Made by a program: the position numbers and the translations under genes
The notes under the pieces: generated by a model
The model's database searches: none
Told to the model about the DNA's origin: nothing
What the model saw: only the letters and a program-made list of their open reading frames with translations
Assembly (NCBI GenBank): GCA_035633635.1
Contig: DASQEN010000342.1
Coordinates: forward strand, 1-35,676
Direction of reading: 5' to 3'
DNA length: 35,676 bases
From: Gemmatimonadota bacterium
Lineage (GTDB): Bacteria; Gemmatimonadota; Gemmatimonadetes; JACCXV01; JAHWKZ01
Shown here: piece after piece, positions 19,062 to 28,733 of the stretch
Layout: every line of letters starts with the position of its first letter
Position numbering within the stretch: the stretch's first letter is position 1

Positions 19062-19603
19062 GCGCACGAAAAAGCGTGCGCGGGCTCGTGTTCGACGTCG
19101 ACGGCGTGTTGACGGACGGAACGGTCGAGATCTCATCATCCGGGCACGAGGCGAAACGGTTCTCGATCCAGGACGGCACGGCGCTCTTGTGGTGCCGGAT
19201 GCTGGGCTACGAGCTCGCGCTCGTCAGCGGGCGGGAGTCCGGGGCGACCTCGATCCGCGCCGAGGAACTAGGAATCCGCGAAGTGTATCAGGGTGTTCGC
19301 GACAAGGCCGCGCAGGTGGCGGAATGGGCCGGCTCGAAAGGGCTCGATCTCGATGAGGTCCTGTACATGGGAGACGATCACATCGACTTGCCGGTCTTCG
19401 AGACCGTGGGGCTGAGCGTGGCCCCGGCTAACGCGGATCCGCACGTGCGGGCCCAGGCGGCGCACGTCACCGCTTCACGCGGCGGCGAGGGCGCGGTTCG
19501 CGAGGCGATCGAATGGCTTCTCGAGGGGGCGGGCCGTCTGGATGAGGCGCTCGCGGCGTACCGCGAACGCGTCTCCGGTGACTCCCGGGAGTCGGCCGAA
19601 TGA
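19058..19603 (+). CDS. kdsC: Kdo-8-phosphate phosphatase (HAD superfamily).
   Basis: VRGLVFDVDGVLTDG...FSIQDG...YMGDDHIDLP...APANA. The GTG at 19058 overlaps the kdsA stop (GTGA). Confidence 0.88.
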
Positions 19604-20574
19604 GCGTCACACAAGCGGACTGGCTGGCGCGGGCTCGCGAGACCTTGGCCGTCGAGGCCGAGTCGATCCGCGCGCTCGAATCGCGCATCGGCCCCGAGTT
19701 CGTCGAGGCCGTGGACCGGCTGTTCGCGTGCCGCGGGCGGGCGATCGTCACCGGGATGGGGAAGAGCGGTCTGGTGGGCCGCAAGATCGCCGCCACGCTG
19801 ACCTCGACCGGAACTCCGGCCGTTTACCTTCATCCGGCCGAAGGGATCCACGGAGACGCCGGTCTTGCGCTCAAGGGAGACGTGGTGATCGCGCTCTCGA
19901 AGAGCGGAGAGACCGGCGAGCTGCTCCAGCTCATGGGGGTGTTCAAGCGCTTCGATCTTCCCGTGATAGCCTTGGTCGGAGCGCCGCGATCGACGCTTGG
20001 GCGCCGCGCCGACGTCGTCCTGGACTGCTCGATCGCCGAGGAGGCCTGTCCCCACGACCTCACGCCGACCGCTTCCTCGACCGCGATGCTGGCGATGGGC
20101 GATGCACTGGCGATGGCGCTCCTCACGCGACGTGACTTCCAGCCCGAGGACTTCGCCGTCTTCCATCCCGGCGGGAGCCTTGGGAAGCGGCTTCTCCTGA
20201 CGGTCGCCGACGTGATGGTGACAGGGGAAGGCGTGCCCAGCGTGCCTCGGGATGCCACGATGCGGGAAGCGATCGTCGAGATGGCCCACAAGCGGGGAAC
20301 GGTTCCGGTCGTGGACGAAGAGAGGCGGGTGGTGGGAGTGGTGACGAACGGGGACCTGATGCGCCTGATGGAGGAGACCGAGCGCGTGTTCTCGGTCGCC
20401 GTCAACGACGTCATGTCCCGGGCGCCCAAGACGATCGCCGCCGACGCGCTGGCCGCCACCGCTGTCAACCAGATGGAGAACTACGGGATCGTGGCCCTGC
20501 CGGTTGTGGACGATGAGGGACGTCTTACGGGAATCGTCCACCTGCACGACTGCATGCGGGCGGGGGTGGTCTGA
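19600..20574 (+). CDS. kdsD: Arabinose-5-phosphate isomerase (SIS + tandem CBS), KdsD/KpsF.
   Basis: SIS motif GRAIVTGMGKSGLVGRKIAATLTSTGTPA and C-terminal CBS pair (MREAIVEM...VPVVDE; ...ALPVVDDEGRLTGIVHLHD). The ATG at 19600 overlaps the kdsC stop (ATGA). Confidence 0.9.
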   Translation: MSVTQADWLARARETLAVEAESIRALESRIGPEFVEAVDRLFACRGRAIVTGMGKSGLVGRKIAATLTSTGTPAVYLHPAEGIHGDAGLALKGDVVIALSKSGETGELLQLMGVFKRFDLPVIALVGAPRSTLGRRADVVLDCSIAEEACPHDLTPTASSTAMLAMGDALAMALLTRRDFQPEDFAVFHPGGSLGKRLLLTVADVMVTGEGVPSVPRDATMREAIVEMAHKRGTVPVVDEERRVVGVVTNGDLMRLMEETERVFSVAVNDVMSRAPKTIAADALAATAVNQMENYGIVALPVVDDEGRLTGIVHLHDCMRAGVV

Positions 20575-21183
20575 GTGGGGCGCGTACCTCGCATCCTGAT
20601 CCTGGCTTCGGTGCTAGCCGTCCTCTCCTGCGGAGGCGACGAGCCCACGCGGACGGGAACCGCGGAGCTCCCCCTAGGGCGCGCGGGCCTCGGTCCACCC
20701 GACCAGGTGGTGGAGGATGGCGAGCACGTCATCACGGTGCAGGGCGTCAAGAAGGCCGTGATGGTGGCGGAGCAGCTCTACTTCTACAACGAAGAGGGGA
20801 AGGTCTTTGGAGACACGATCCAGGTCAGCTTCTTCGACAAGTCGGGGGAGTTCCAGTCCATGTTGACCGCCCTAGAGGGAGAGATGAGCCAGCGCAGCGA
20901 TGACATGATCGCGCGCGGGAACGTCGTCGTTCGCGGATCCGACTCGCGGATCCTGACCGAGGAGCTGCACTACGATCCGCAACGCAACCTCGTCACCAGC
21001 GACAAGGCGACCGAGATCTTTCAGCAGGGAAACGTGATCCGCGGGCGCGGAGTGGAAAGCGATCCGGCGCTGACGAACATCCGGATCCGGGGCGGCTCCG
21101 CGGTGATTCGCTCGGAGCCGGAACTCGGGCCGCAGCCGCGGCGGGCGGCGGAGGCAGACACGTCCGGCGCCGCGACCCCGTAG
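20575..21183 (+). CDS. lptC: LPS export protein LptC-like, possibly lipid-anchored.
   Basis: Position between kdsD and lptA/lptB. An N-terminal hydrophobic segment ends in VLSC-G (lipobox-like). The LptC-type beta-jellyroll pattern follows (EQLYFYNEEGKVFGDTIQVSFFD...ARGNVVVRGSDSRILTEELHYDPQRNLVTSD). Confidence 0.7.
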   Translation: MGRVPRILILASVLAVLSCGGDEPTRTGTAELPLGRAGLGPPDQVVEDGEHVITVQGVKKAVMVAEQLYFYNEEGKVFGDTIQVSFFDKSGEFQSMLTALEGEMSQRSDDMIARGNVVVRGSDSRILTEELHYDPQRNLVTSDKATEIFQQGNVIRGRGVESDPALTNIRIRGGSAVIRSEPELGPQPRRAAEADTSGAATP

Positions 21184-22403
21184 TGCGCACCTGGAGTTCC
21201 GTGGCACTCGATCACCGCCGCATTCTCGCTAGCCCGCCGCGGATCGCGCTGATCGCGGTCGCGCTGTATGCGGCGCTGCCCGCGACAGGCCGGGCGCAGG
21301 CCGCCGACGATCCGGTCGTCATCGATCACGCCAACGAACTGCGTCGAGTCGTCGAGGGCGACTCGCTCACCTATTTCCTCGAAGGCGCGGTCCGCGCGCA
21401 TCGGGGACCGATCCAGATGCGGAGCGAGCAGGCCACGATCTTCCGGCTGAGTCAAGTGGCCGATTTCCAACGCAACGTCCATTTCTGGGACGCGACCACG
21501 GAGATCTACGCGGATCGTCTCCTGTACTACGAGGTCACGAACCAGGCTTTGGCGACGGGCAGCGTGCAGGTGATCGACCGGCGCAGTGGATCGCAGGTCG
21601 CGGCCGACACCGTGCTGTACGATCGCGTCCGGGATTTGATCACCGCGCAGCCGCGACCCCATGGGATCGTCCTGCCCCAGGACACGACCCGTCAGGAAGA
21701 TCCCTTTCACGTCTGGGCGGACCTGATGGTCTTCCACAACGACTCGACCGGGACCGAGATGGATGGGATGGGCCGTGTCCTCATTGAGCGTACCGACCTC
21801 ACCGCCGTGGGCGACAGCCTCCATTACGACGAGCGGGAGAGTCGGGTCGCACTCCGCAAAGAGCCGCGAGTGGAGACGCTCGAGACGTATCTCACCGCCG
21901 ACCGGATCGACGTCCTCCTGGAGGACAACCGGATCGACGCGCTGGTCGCGCGAGACCGCGCGCGCGCGGTCGACAAGACCGACTCGCTCCCCCCTTCGGT
22001 GCCGGCGGCGTTCAACAACGTCAGCGACCACTCTTTCCTCGAGGGGGACAGCTTGAACATCAAGTTCGCCGACGGCGAGATCGACTGGCTCGTAGCGCAG
22101 GGACGGGCGCGCAGCCTCAATTATGCCCTCGAGTCTGAGCCCGGCCCGATCGAAACATGGAGCATCAATTATTTGCTGGGCGAGCGTCTCGAGCTGAACT
22201 TCCGCGGCGACACGTTGAGCCGGGTGATTGCGAGCGGCGGCCACCGGGGCGTGTACCGCAGCGAGGAGATCCGCAGGGAGGGCCCCGAGCGTCGGCCCAG
22301 CCAACCGATTCCGCTGCCCCCGGAGCTGGCGCTCCTTGCGGGGGCTGCGGCTCCGGGAGCCGGGCGGAGGAGGCCGGGCCGCGGCGCCCGTGAAGCACGA
22401 TGA
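21183..22403 (+). CDS. lptA: LptA/OstA-family periplasmic LPS transport protein, unusually long (two OstA-like segments).
   Basis: Signal peptide (...[16 protein letters not shown]). First OstA-like repeat: [11 protein letters not shown]...[22 protein letters not shown]...[24 protein letters not shown] second similar segment: [24 protein letters not shown]...[27 protein letters not shown]. The protein ends in a basic Pro/Arg/Gly-rich tail. Position between lptC and lptB. Confidence 0.7.
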   Translation: MRTWSSVALDHRRILASPPRIALIAVALYAALPATGRAQAADDPVVIDHANELRRVVEGDSLTYFLEGAVRAHRGPIQMRSEQATIFRLSQVADFQRNVHFWDATTEIYADRLLYYEVTNQALATGSVQVIDRRSGSQVAADTVLYDRVRDLITAQPRPHGIVLPQDTTRQEDPFHVWADLMVFHNDSTGTEMDGMGRVLIERTDLTAVGDSLHYDERESRVALRKEPRVETLETYLTADRIDVLLEDNRIDALVARDRARAVDKTDSLPPSVPAAFNNVSDHSFLEGDSLNIKFADGEIDWLVAQGRARSLNYALESEPGPIETWSINYLLGERLELNFRGDTLSRVIASGGHRGVYRSEEIRREGPERRPSQPIPLPPELALLAGAAAPGAGRRRPGRGAREAR

Positions 22404-23209
22404 GCGAAGCGATCGAGACCCCACACGCCTCGGCGCCTGCCGAGCGCGGCTCGGAGGCGCTCCTGCCGGATGTGCGGATCCGGGCGGACTCCGTCCTGCG
22501 GGCAGAGCATCTCGTGAAGCGGTATGGCAAGCGCCGTGTAGTCGACGACGTCACGCTGGAGGTCCATCCCGGCGAGGTCGTGGGCCTGCTGGGCCCCAAC
22601 GGAGCGGGCAAGACCACGACCTTCTACATGATCGTGGGCCTCATCAAGCATTCGCTCGGCAGGATCTACCTGGACGGCGAGGAGATCACCCGCAAGGCGA
22701 TGTATAAGCGTGCGCGGATGGGGATCGGCTACCTGTCGCAGGAGCCGTCGGTGTTCCGCAAGCTCACGGTAGAGGACAACATCCGGGCGATCCTCGAGAC
22801 GTGCGGGCTTTCGCGCCAGGAGCGCAAGGAGCGCCTGGAGACGCTGCTCGACGAGCTGGGTCTCAGGCGGGTGCGGAAGACCAGGGCCTACTCGCTCTCC
22901 GGCGGCGAGCGACGGCGTCTGGAGATCACACGCGCGCTAGTCACCCAGCCGCGCTACATGCTCCTCGACGAGCCGTTCGCGGGCGTCGACCCGATCGCCG
23001 TAGACGACCTGCAGTCCATCGTCGCGGCGCTGCGAGACCGCGGGCTCGGCATCCTGATCACCGATCACAACGTGCGCGAGACGATGCAGATCACGGATCG
23101 CGCGTACCTGCTGTACGACGGCAAGATCCTGAAGTCGGGTCCCGCGGCTGAGCTGATCGCGGACCCCGAGGCGCGCCGGCTCTACCTGGGCGAAGACTTC
23201 CGGTTGTAG
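22400..23209 (+). CDS. lptB: LPS export ABC transporter ATP-binding protein LptB.
   Basis: Walker [28 protein letters not shown], and signature [15 protein letters not shown]. The ATG at 22400 overlaps the lptA stop (ATGA). Confidence 0.93.
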   Translation: MSEAIETPHASAPAERGSEALLPDVRIRADSVLRAEHLVKRYGKRRVVDDVTLEVHPGEVVGLLGPNGAGKTTTFYMIVGLIKHSLGRIYLDGEEITRKAMYKRARMGIGYLSQEPSVFRKLTVEDNIRAILETCGLSRQERKERLETLLDELGLRRVRKTRAYSLSGGERRRLEITRALVTQPRYMLLDEPFAGVDPIAVDDLQSIVAALRDRGLGILITDHNVRETMQITDRAYLLYDGKILKSGPAAELIADPEARRLYLGEDFRL

Positions 23210-23281
23210 ATCGGAGCAGGCTACCTCCTCCATCCGGTGGCGGAGGACCGACGATTCGGCGACAGGGATCCTGCCCCGGTA

Positions 23282-23310
23282 TTGATATGCGCGCGCCGCG
23301 ATCTTAGGTT
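23282..23310 (+). promoter_or_regulatory. Sigma-70-type promoter candidate for rpoN.
   Basis: TTGATA (23282-23287), a 17-nt spacer, then TAGGTT (23305-23310), in the lower-GC 187-bp lptB-rpoN spacer. Confidence 0.4.
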
Positions 23311-23322
23311 AGGAGACAGTTC

Positions 23323-23338
23323 TGGCATGATTCGTGCG
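23323..23338 (+). promoter_or_regulatory. Sigma-54-like -24/-12 element upstream of rpoN.
   Basis: TGGCATGattcGTGCG against TGGCACG-N4-TTGCW: GG and GC at the correct spacing, 6/7 and 3/5 matches. It lies about 60 nt upstream of the rpoN ATG and just downstream of the sigma-70 candidate. Confidence 0.35.
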
Positions 23339-23396
23339 GCGATTCCACTTCGCCCACGCGACCGAGGTCTCCACTCGCCTTCGGACGGGTCCCTGC

Positions 23397-24797
23397 ATGG
23401 CACTTCGACAGCAGCTCCACATCACACAACGCCAGGAGATGCGGATGAATCCACGCCTGTATCAGGCGATGGATCTCCTGTATCTGCCGTTGCTCGAGCT
23501 GGAGCAGCACCTCAAACAGGAGCTTGTGCAGAACCCGTTCCTCGAGATGCGCGAGGAGGAGGAGGAGTTCGCGGAGCAGGCCGAATCGGAGGAGCAGGTC
23601 GAGAAGGAAAAGGAAGAGGAGGTGGACTGGGAGGAGATACTGCTCGACGGCTTCGACCCGGGCTACCGCAGTGGGCCCACGCGCGAGCGTCCGGAGGAAG
23701 TCGCCGAGAAGGTCGGCGAGACGACGATCGACCTCTGGGACCACCTTCAGGCTCAGCTCTACCAGAACAACGGCTACGAAGACGGGGACGTGCGGGTCGG
23801 CGAGGAGATCATCGGGAACATCGACGAGGATGGCTACCTTACTTGCTCGGTCGAAGAGATCGCTTCGACGATCGACGTAGGGGTGGAGTCCGTGGAGCGC
23901 GTGCTGGGGCGGATCCAGCGGTTCGATCCTTCCGGCGTGGGAGCGCGTGACCTGCGCGAATGCTTGCTGCTGCAGGTGGAGGATCGGCTCGGTCGAGATC
24001 CTCTGGCATACCGCATCGTGGATCTTTATTTCGGCGAGCTGTCGACGCACAAGTACCACGAGATCGCACGCGCCCTCGGAATCAGTCCTGTGGAGGCGCA
24101 GGAGGCGGCCGACGAGATCGCGCAGTTCGATCCCAAGCCCGGACGCAAGTACGCCCAGGACGAAGGCGATTACGTGACGCCCGACATCATCGTGCAGGAG
24201 ATCGACGGCGAGTACGTCATCACGCTCAACGACGGGGATATTCCACGGCTGAGGATCAGCCGCACGTATCAACTGTTGGCGCAGAACGGCGAGTTCAAGG
24301 GCAAGGCGAAGGAGTTCGCTCAGGCCAAGCTCAACGGCGCCAATTGGATCATCCAGGCCATCGAGCAGCGTCGGCAGACGATGATCAGGACCATGCACGT
24401 GATCCTGGATCGTCAGCGGGAGTTCTTCGAGAAGGGCATTCACTTTCTGCGGCCGCTCACTCTCAAAGAGGTCGCTGACGAGATCGGCATGCACGAGTCG
24501 ACGGTCAGTCGCGTGACGAACGAGAAGTTCGTGCAGACGCCGCGTGGCGTCTTTCGGCTGAAGTTCTTCTTCTCGAGCGGCCTGAGCACCGAGGAGGGTG
24601 AGGACGTCTCGGCGCGTGGGGTGAGGGCGCGCATCCAGGAGCTCATCGACAGCGAGGAGCCTCAGGACCCCTTGACGGACCAGCAGATCGTGGAGCAGCT
24701 CAAGGCCGAAGGCGTCCAGATCGCGCGTCGCACGGTCCAGAAGTATCGTGATCAGCTAGGCGTTCTCTCGTCACGCTATCGAAAGCGTGTCAAATAG
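23397..24797 (+). CDS. rpoN: RNA polymerase sigma-54 factor.
   Basis: Region I MALRQQLHITQRQEMRMNPRLYQAMDLLYLPLLELEQHLKQELVQNPFLE, acidic region II, and an RpoN box near the C-terminus (IARRTVQKYRDQLGV). Start set at ATG 23397. Confidence 0.95.
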   Translation: MALRQQLHITQRQEMRMNPRLYQAMDLLYLPLLELEQHLKQELVQNPFLEMREEEEEFAEQAESEEQVEKEKEEEVDWEEILLDGFDPGYRSGPTRERPEEVAEKVGETTIDLWDHLQAQLYQNNGYEDGDVRVGEEIIGNIDEDGYLTCSVEEIASTIDVGVESVERVLGRIQRFDPSGVGARDLRECLLLQVEDRLGRDPLAYRIVDLYFGELSTHKYHEIARALGISPVEAQEAADEIAQFDPKPGRKYAQDEGDYVTPDIIVQEIDGEYVITLNDGDIPRLRISRTYQLLAQNGEFKGKAKEFAQAKLNGANWIIQAIEQRRQTMIRTMHVILDRQREFFEKGIHFLRPLTLKEVADEIGMHESTVSRVTNEKFVQTPRGVFRLKFFFSSGLSTEEGEDVSARGVRARIQELIDSEEPQDPLTDQQIVEQLKAEGVQIARRTVQKYRDQLGVLSSRYRKRVK

Positions 24798-24832
24798 CCA
24801 ATACTCCATCCCTCCCTCCCGAGGAGTCTTCT

Positions 24833-25378
24833 ATGGAGATCACGTTCAGCAGCCGCCACGGTTACGTGCCCGATGCTCTAAAGGAGTACGCGCGTCAAGA
24901 GGTAGACGGGCTTTCCCGATACTTCGATCGGCTGGTAGAGGCCGACATCATTCTCGATCAAGAGGGTCATCGGAACATCGCCGAGGCGCGGATCCACTCC
25001 TCCAACGACACCCACTTCGCGAGCTCGGAGGCTGAGGACATGCGGTCCGCGGTGGACGGAACGGTGTCTAAGCTCAAGCGCCAGCTTCAGCGCCACAAGG
25101 ACAAGCTGAACCGCCGTCAGCTCACGAGGGTCGAGCGCGAGCTTCTGTTTGCGACCCGGTCCCCACCGGACCGGGAAGCGGCACCGGACACCTCGGCGGC
25201 GCCCGTTGATTGGGACCGGATCACGAGCGGGGAAGCGATCGAGCGGCTCGGCGCGACCGGCGAAGACGTGCTGGTATTCGTGGACACGCGAGACGGAGCG
25301 GTCAAGATCGCCCGGCGCGACGGCGCGGAATCGATCAGCGTCGTCGAGGCCGAGGCGTTCGAGGTGGAGGATAGCTAG
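24833..25378 (+). CDS. hpf: Ribosome hibernation-promoting factor, long form (sigma-54 modulation protein/S30EA family).
   Basis: MEITFSSRHGYVPDALKEYARQEVDGLSRYFDRLVEADIIL...KLKRQLQRHKDKL plus a C-terminal extension. GAGGAG precedes the ATG. Conserved position after rpoN. Confidence 0.9.
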   Translation: MEITFSSRHGYVPDALKEYARQEVDGLSRYFDRLVEADIILDQEGHRNIAEARIHSSNDTHFASSEAEDMRSAVDGTVSKLKRQLQRHKDKLNRRQLTRVERELLFATRSPPDREAAPDTSAAPVDWDRITSGEAIERLGATGEDVLVFVDTRDGAVKIARRDGAESISVVEAEAFEVEDS

Positions 25379-25422
25379 GGTGCTGAAACCGCCTTCGGAT
25401 CCAGCTCGCTGATCCTCCTGCC

Positions 25423-26388
25423 ATGGCGCTGACCGTCGCCAAGCTGCTGGCCCGCAAGGCCGACGTCCTCGGGCTCACGCTGCTGACGGGGGAGCCCACC
25501 GCCGACCGGGAGATCACGACCGACGAGGTCGTGTCTCCCGGGCTCGTCCTGTCCGGCTTCAGCCAGCGCTTTACTCACACCAGATCGCAAGTCATTGGAG
25601 AGACCGAGCTTACCTATCTCGAGTCGCTGTCTCCCGAACGCAGCCGGGAGGCGGTGGAGCGCTTCCTTTCGTTCGATGTCCCGGTCGTCTTCATTACCAA
25701 GGGGCTCGAGCCTCCCGTCGGCATGATCGACCTGGCCGACCAGCGCGGGATCCCGGTCGTATCCACCCGGCTGAAGACGGGAGAGTTCTACGGCGCGATC
25801 AAGGCCTTCCTAGAGTCGCAGTTCGCCCCGTCCACGTTCCTGCATGGTTCGCTGGCGGACATCTACGGCGTGGGGGTCCTGTTCATGGGACGCAGCGGGA
25901 TCGGCAAGTCCGAATGTGTGCTGGATCTCGTCGAACGCGGGCACCGCCTGGTGGCCGACGATCAGGTGCACGTCACGCGGCGCTCGGGCGGGATCCTCAT
26001 CGGCCGCGGCAACTCCGTGCTCGGGTTCCACATGGAGATCCGCGGGGTGGGGATCATCGACATCCGGTCCCTGTTCGGCATCCGCGCGGTTAGGCTCCAG
26101 AAGCGGATCGAAGTGGTCGTGCGCCTCGAGGACTGGGACGAGAGCACACCGGTCGAGCGCGCCGGTCTGGACGAGGAACGCACCGGCATCCTCGACGTGG
26201 AGATCCCCATCGTCCGGGTGCCGCTCAATCCGGGAAAGAACATCACTGTGATCGCCGAGGTCGTGGCGATGAACCATTTGCAGAAATTCGCTGGCCGGGA
26301 CTCGGCGGAGCAGTTCAACGCCCGACTCATCGAACGGATGAGGACCAGGGCCGAGACCGAGACCTACCTGGAGGAGGACTACGAGTGA
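25423..26388 (+). CDS. hprK: HPr kinase/phosphorylase.
   Basis: P-loop GVGVLFMGRSGIGKSECVLDLVERGHRLVADD and signature HMEIRGVGIIDIRSLFG. 321 aa. Confidence 0.92.
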   Translation: MALTVAKLLARKADVLGLTLLTGEPTADREITTDEVVSPGLVLSGFSQRFTHTRSQVIGETELTYLESLSPERSREAVERFLSFDVPVVFITKGLEPPVGMIDLADQRGIPVVSTRLKTGEFYGAIKAFLESQFAPSTFLHGSLADIYGVGVLFMGRSGIGKSECVLDLVERGHRLVADDQVHVTRRSGGILIGRGNSVLGFHMEIRGVGIIDIRSLFGIRAVRLQKRIEVVVRLEDWDESTPVERAGLDEERTGILDVEIPIVRVPLNPGKNITVIAEVVAMNHLQKFAGRDSAEQFNARLIERMRTRAETETYLEEDYE

Positions 26389-26771
26389 CGGAGCGGTGCG
26401 GGGTGGTGGTGGCGCACGGCTGGCTCGCGGAGGGTCTGCTATCGGCGCTGACCCGCGTGGCCGGCGAGCAGAAGAACCTGTGGGCGCTCTCGAACCAGGG
26501 ACGCGGCGGCGACGAGCTCGAGGCCGAGATCGCCGGTATCCTCGACGAGCACGGCGCGGGGCGCGAGGCGTACCTGCTCAGCGACATGGACGGAGGGTCG
26601 TGCGGACAGGCCTGCCGCAGGCTGCTCGCCAAGGGTAGCGTCCGGGCCGTGTTCTACGGTGTCAACCTGCCTCTTCTCGTCGAGTTCGTGTTCCTCCAGG
26701 AGGAGTCCTTCCAGCAGTTCGTGGCGGCCGCCATCGAGAAGGGTCGCCAGGCGCTGGGCGCCCATCAGTGA
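26385..26771 (+). CDS. PTS EIIA component, mannose/fructose/sorbose family.
   Basis: CGVVVAHGWLAEGLLSAL (phospho-His context) and LLSDMDGGSCGQ (compare D-x-x-GGSP). The GTG at 26385 overlaps the hprK stop (GTGA). Confidence 0.8.
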   Translation: MTERCGVVVAHGWLAEGLLSALTRVAGEQKNLWALSNQGRGGDELEAEIAGILDEHGAGREAYLLSDMDGGSCGQACRRLLAKGSVRAVFYGVNLPLLVEFVFLQEESFQQFVAAAIEKGRQALGAHQ

Positions 26772-27247
26772 GCGTGCTCCTGTTTCGCGTGGACGAGCGC
26801 CTGATCCACGGACAGGTCGTCGTCGGGTGGGCGCGAGAGCTCCGGCCGCGGCGGATCATCGTGGTGGATGACGATCTGTCCAAAGATACCCTCGAGCAGT
26901 CGATCTACCGGACCGCCATCCCGGACGGAATCGAGGCCGATTTCTGGGGCGAGTGTGACGCGGTCGCGATGCTGCCTGCGGTGCTCGAATCGCCGGAGCC
27001 AGCGATCGTGCTGACTGCGGACCTGCCGACCATGGCGCGGCTCGCGCGCGTCGTAGCAGGGATCGAGGAGATCAACGTGGGCTGCATCCATCGAAGCCAG
27101 GGCGGGCGGCGCGTGCTGCCCTACGTGTGCCTCGACGAAGGAGACGAACGCCTGATCGCCGAGCTGGAGGGAGATGGGGTGCGGGTCGTGGCGCGCGACG
27201 TGCCGACCGCAGCCGCGGTCCGCCTCGTCGAGCGGGAGCGCGGATGA
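26768..27247 (+). CDS. PTS EIIB component, mannose/sorbose family.
   Basis: LLFRVDERLIHGQVVVGW matches the EIIB-Man phospho-His signature (R-I/V-D-x-R-L-I-H-G-Q-V). The GTG at 26768 overlaps the EIIA stop (GTGA). Confidence 0.85.
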   Translation: MSVLLFRVDERLIHGQVVVGWARELRPRRIIVVDDDLSKDTLEQSIYRTAIPDGIEADFWGECDAVAMLPAVLESPEPAIVLTADLPTMARLARVVAGIEEINVGCIHRSQGGRRVLPYVCLDEGDERLIAELEGDGVRVVARDVPTAAAVRLVERERG

Positions 27248-27933
27248 CCACATGGCAGGCGGCAGCACTGGTCGCGATAGGCGCGATGGTATTTCTCGAT
27301 CAGTGGCCCGCCGTGCAGTCGATGATCTCGCGCCCGGTCGTGGTCGGTCCGATCGTTGGGGCGATCCTGGGCGCTCCGGTGGACGGCGTGCTGTGGGGAG
27401 CGGCGCTCGAGACCATGGAGCTGGCGGTCCAGCCCGTGGGAGCGGCGCGCTATCCCGACGCCGCGCTGGCGGGCCTGTTGGGAACGACCGCGGCTCTGAC
27501 CGGGATGCAGGGGGATGTCTATCCGGCGGGCTGGGCGGTCGCGGTAGCGGCTGCGGCCGGCTGGGCGGGCGACGCGGTCGGCCGGTTCCAGCGCCGCTGG
27601 AACGCGCGGACCGCCGCCGCGGTGCGAGTTCGCGTGGCCGAGGGGTCGGTAGGGGCGCCGGGATGGGGGATCGCGATAGCCCTTTCCCGCGGCGCGGCGT
27701 TGGGCGCGGCGCAGACTGCTGCGGGGCTCGTGCTCGTCACGGGAGGCGGGTGGCTCCTCGGAGATTCCCCGTGGGCGGGGCCGCTCGACCCGCACGGCCT
27801 CAAGATCGTCGCCGCGGCGATGGCGGCCGTCGCGGGAGCTCGCGTGTTCGGGCTCGGGCCGAGGCGCGCGACCTCGCTGGGCCTCGGAGCCCTGGCGGGA
27901 GTCGCTCTTGTGGCCTGGCGCGGCGTCCTGTGA
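27244..27933 (+). CDS. PTS EIIC component, mannose family (ManY-like).
   Basis: FLDQWPAVQSMISRPVVVGPIVGAILG...GAALETMELAVQPVGAARYPDAALAGLLGT parallels the ManY N-terminal region. Polytopic. The ATG at 27244 overlaps the EIIB stop (ATGA). Confidence 0.8.
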   Translation: MTTWQAAALVAIGAMVFLDQWPAVQSMISRPVVVGPIVGAILGAPVDGVLWGAALETMELAVQPVGAARYPDAALAGLLGTTAALTGMQGDVYPAGWAVAVAAAAGWAGDAVGRFQRRWNARTAAAVRVRVAEGSVGAPGWGIAIALSRGAALGAAQTAAGLVLVTGGGWLLGDSPWAGPLDPHGLKIVAAAMAAVAGARVFGLGPRRATSLGLGALAGVALVAWRGVL

Positions 27934-28733
27934 AGGCCGAGCGGGGGTTGTCGAAGCGCCTGCGTGGGGAGCGCCGCAAGGTTGCGCTCAGGTCCACGCT
28001 CATCCAGGCGGTCTGGAACTACGACTCGCTCCAGGCGGTGGGGTTCGGATGGGCGATCCTGCCGGGCCTCGAGCGGATCCGGCCCGATCGGCGGGAGCGC
28101 GCCGAGCGGCTGCACGCCCACCTCGAGTCGTTCAACGCCAACCCCTACCTGGCCCCGGTCGCGATGGGCGTGGCTCTCCGCATGGAAGAGGAGATCGCAC
28201 GGGGCGCGGCGGGCGCGGAGCGCCGGCTCGCCAAGCTCCTGCGCGCGCTTAGGGGGAGCTTGGGCGCGATCGGCGACGACCTGTTCTGGACCGCGTGGCG
28301 ACCGGCGCTCGGCGTAGCGGCGGCCCTGGCGGCTCTGGCGAGCGGGAGCGTCTGGCCCGCGGTCCTGTACGTCCTTGCCTGGAACGCGCTCGCCCAGGGC
28401 GTGCGGTTGGCCGGCGTCCGGGCTGGCTTCACCGTCGGCGCAGGCGTGGTGCGGGTGCTCCAGGATCCGTTCTGGTCGGCCGCCGCGCGCGCCGCGCGTC
28501 TGGGTGGCTCGTTCGCGACCGGCGTCGGCCTCGGGGTCGGGGCTGGCTGGGCCGTCCTCGGTGGTGGCCTGGGGAAGGGGGCGGCGATATTTTTCATCCT
28601 CGTCGCCCTGCTCTGGCTGGCGGGAACGCGGGTCGGGTCGCGGGGCCGCTTGCTATCCCCCGCCCTGGCTTTCCTCGCTGTCGCGGCTCTCCTCAGCGCG
28701 ATCTTCCATCTCTCCAAGGGAGCCCTGCCGTGA
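27930..28733 (+). CDS. PTS EIID component, mannose family (ManZ-like).
   Basis: RSTLIQAVWNYDSLQAVGFGWAILPGL...HLESFNANPYLAPVAMGVALRMEEE...GAIGDDLFW parallels ManZ (WN-x-E-R-x-Q...FFNTHPY...GD-x-x-FW). The GTG at 27930 overlaps the EIIC stop (GTGA). Confidence 0.8.
   Translation: MKAERGLSKRLRGERRKVALRSTLIQAVWNYDSLQAVGFGWAILPGLERIRPDRRERAERLHAHLESFNANPYLAPVAMGVALRMEEEIARGAAGAERRLAKLLRALRGSLGAIGDDLFWTAWRPALGVAAALAALASGSVWPAVLYVLAWNALAQGVRLAGVRAGFTVGAGVVRVLQDPFWSAAARAARLGGSFATGVGLGVGAGWAVLGGGLGKGAAIFFILVALLWLAGTRVGSRGRLLSPALAFLAVAALLSAIFHLSKGALP

Noticed and set aside
23398-23413. TGGCACTtcgaCAGCA with correct GG/GC spacing at the very start of rpoN.
   Set aside because: It overlaps the rpoN start codon and codons 1-6 (MALRQQ, conserved region I), so a transcript from it could not encode RpoN. 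It is most likely a coincidence of coding sequence.
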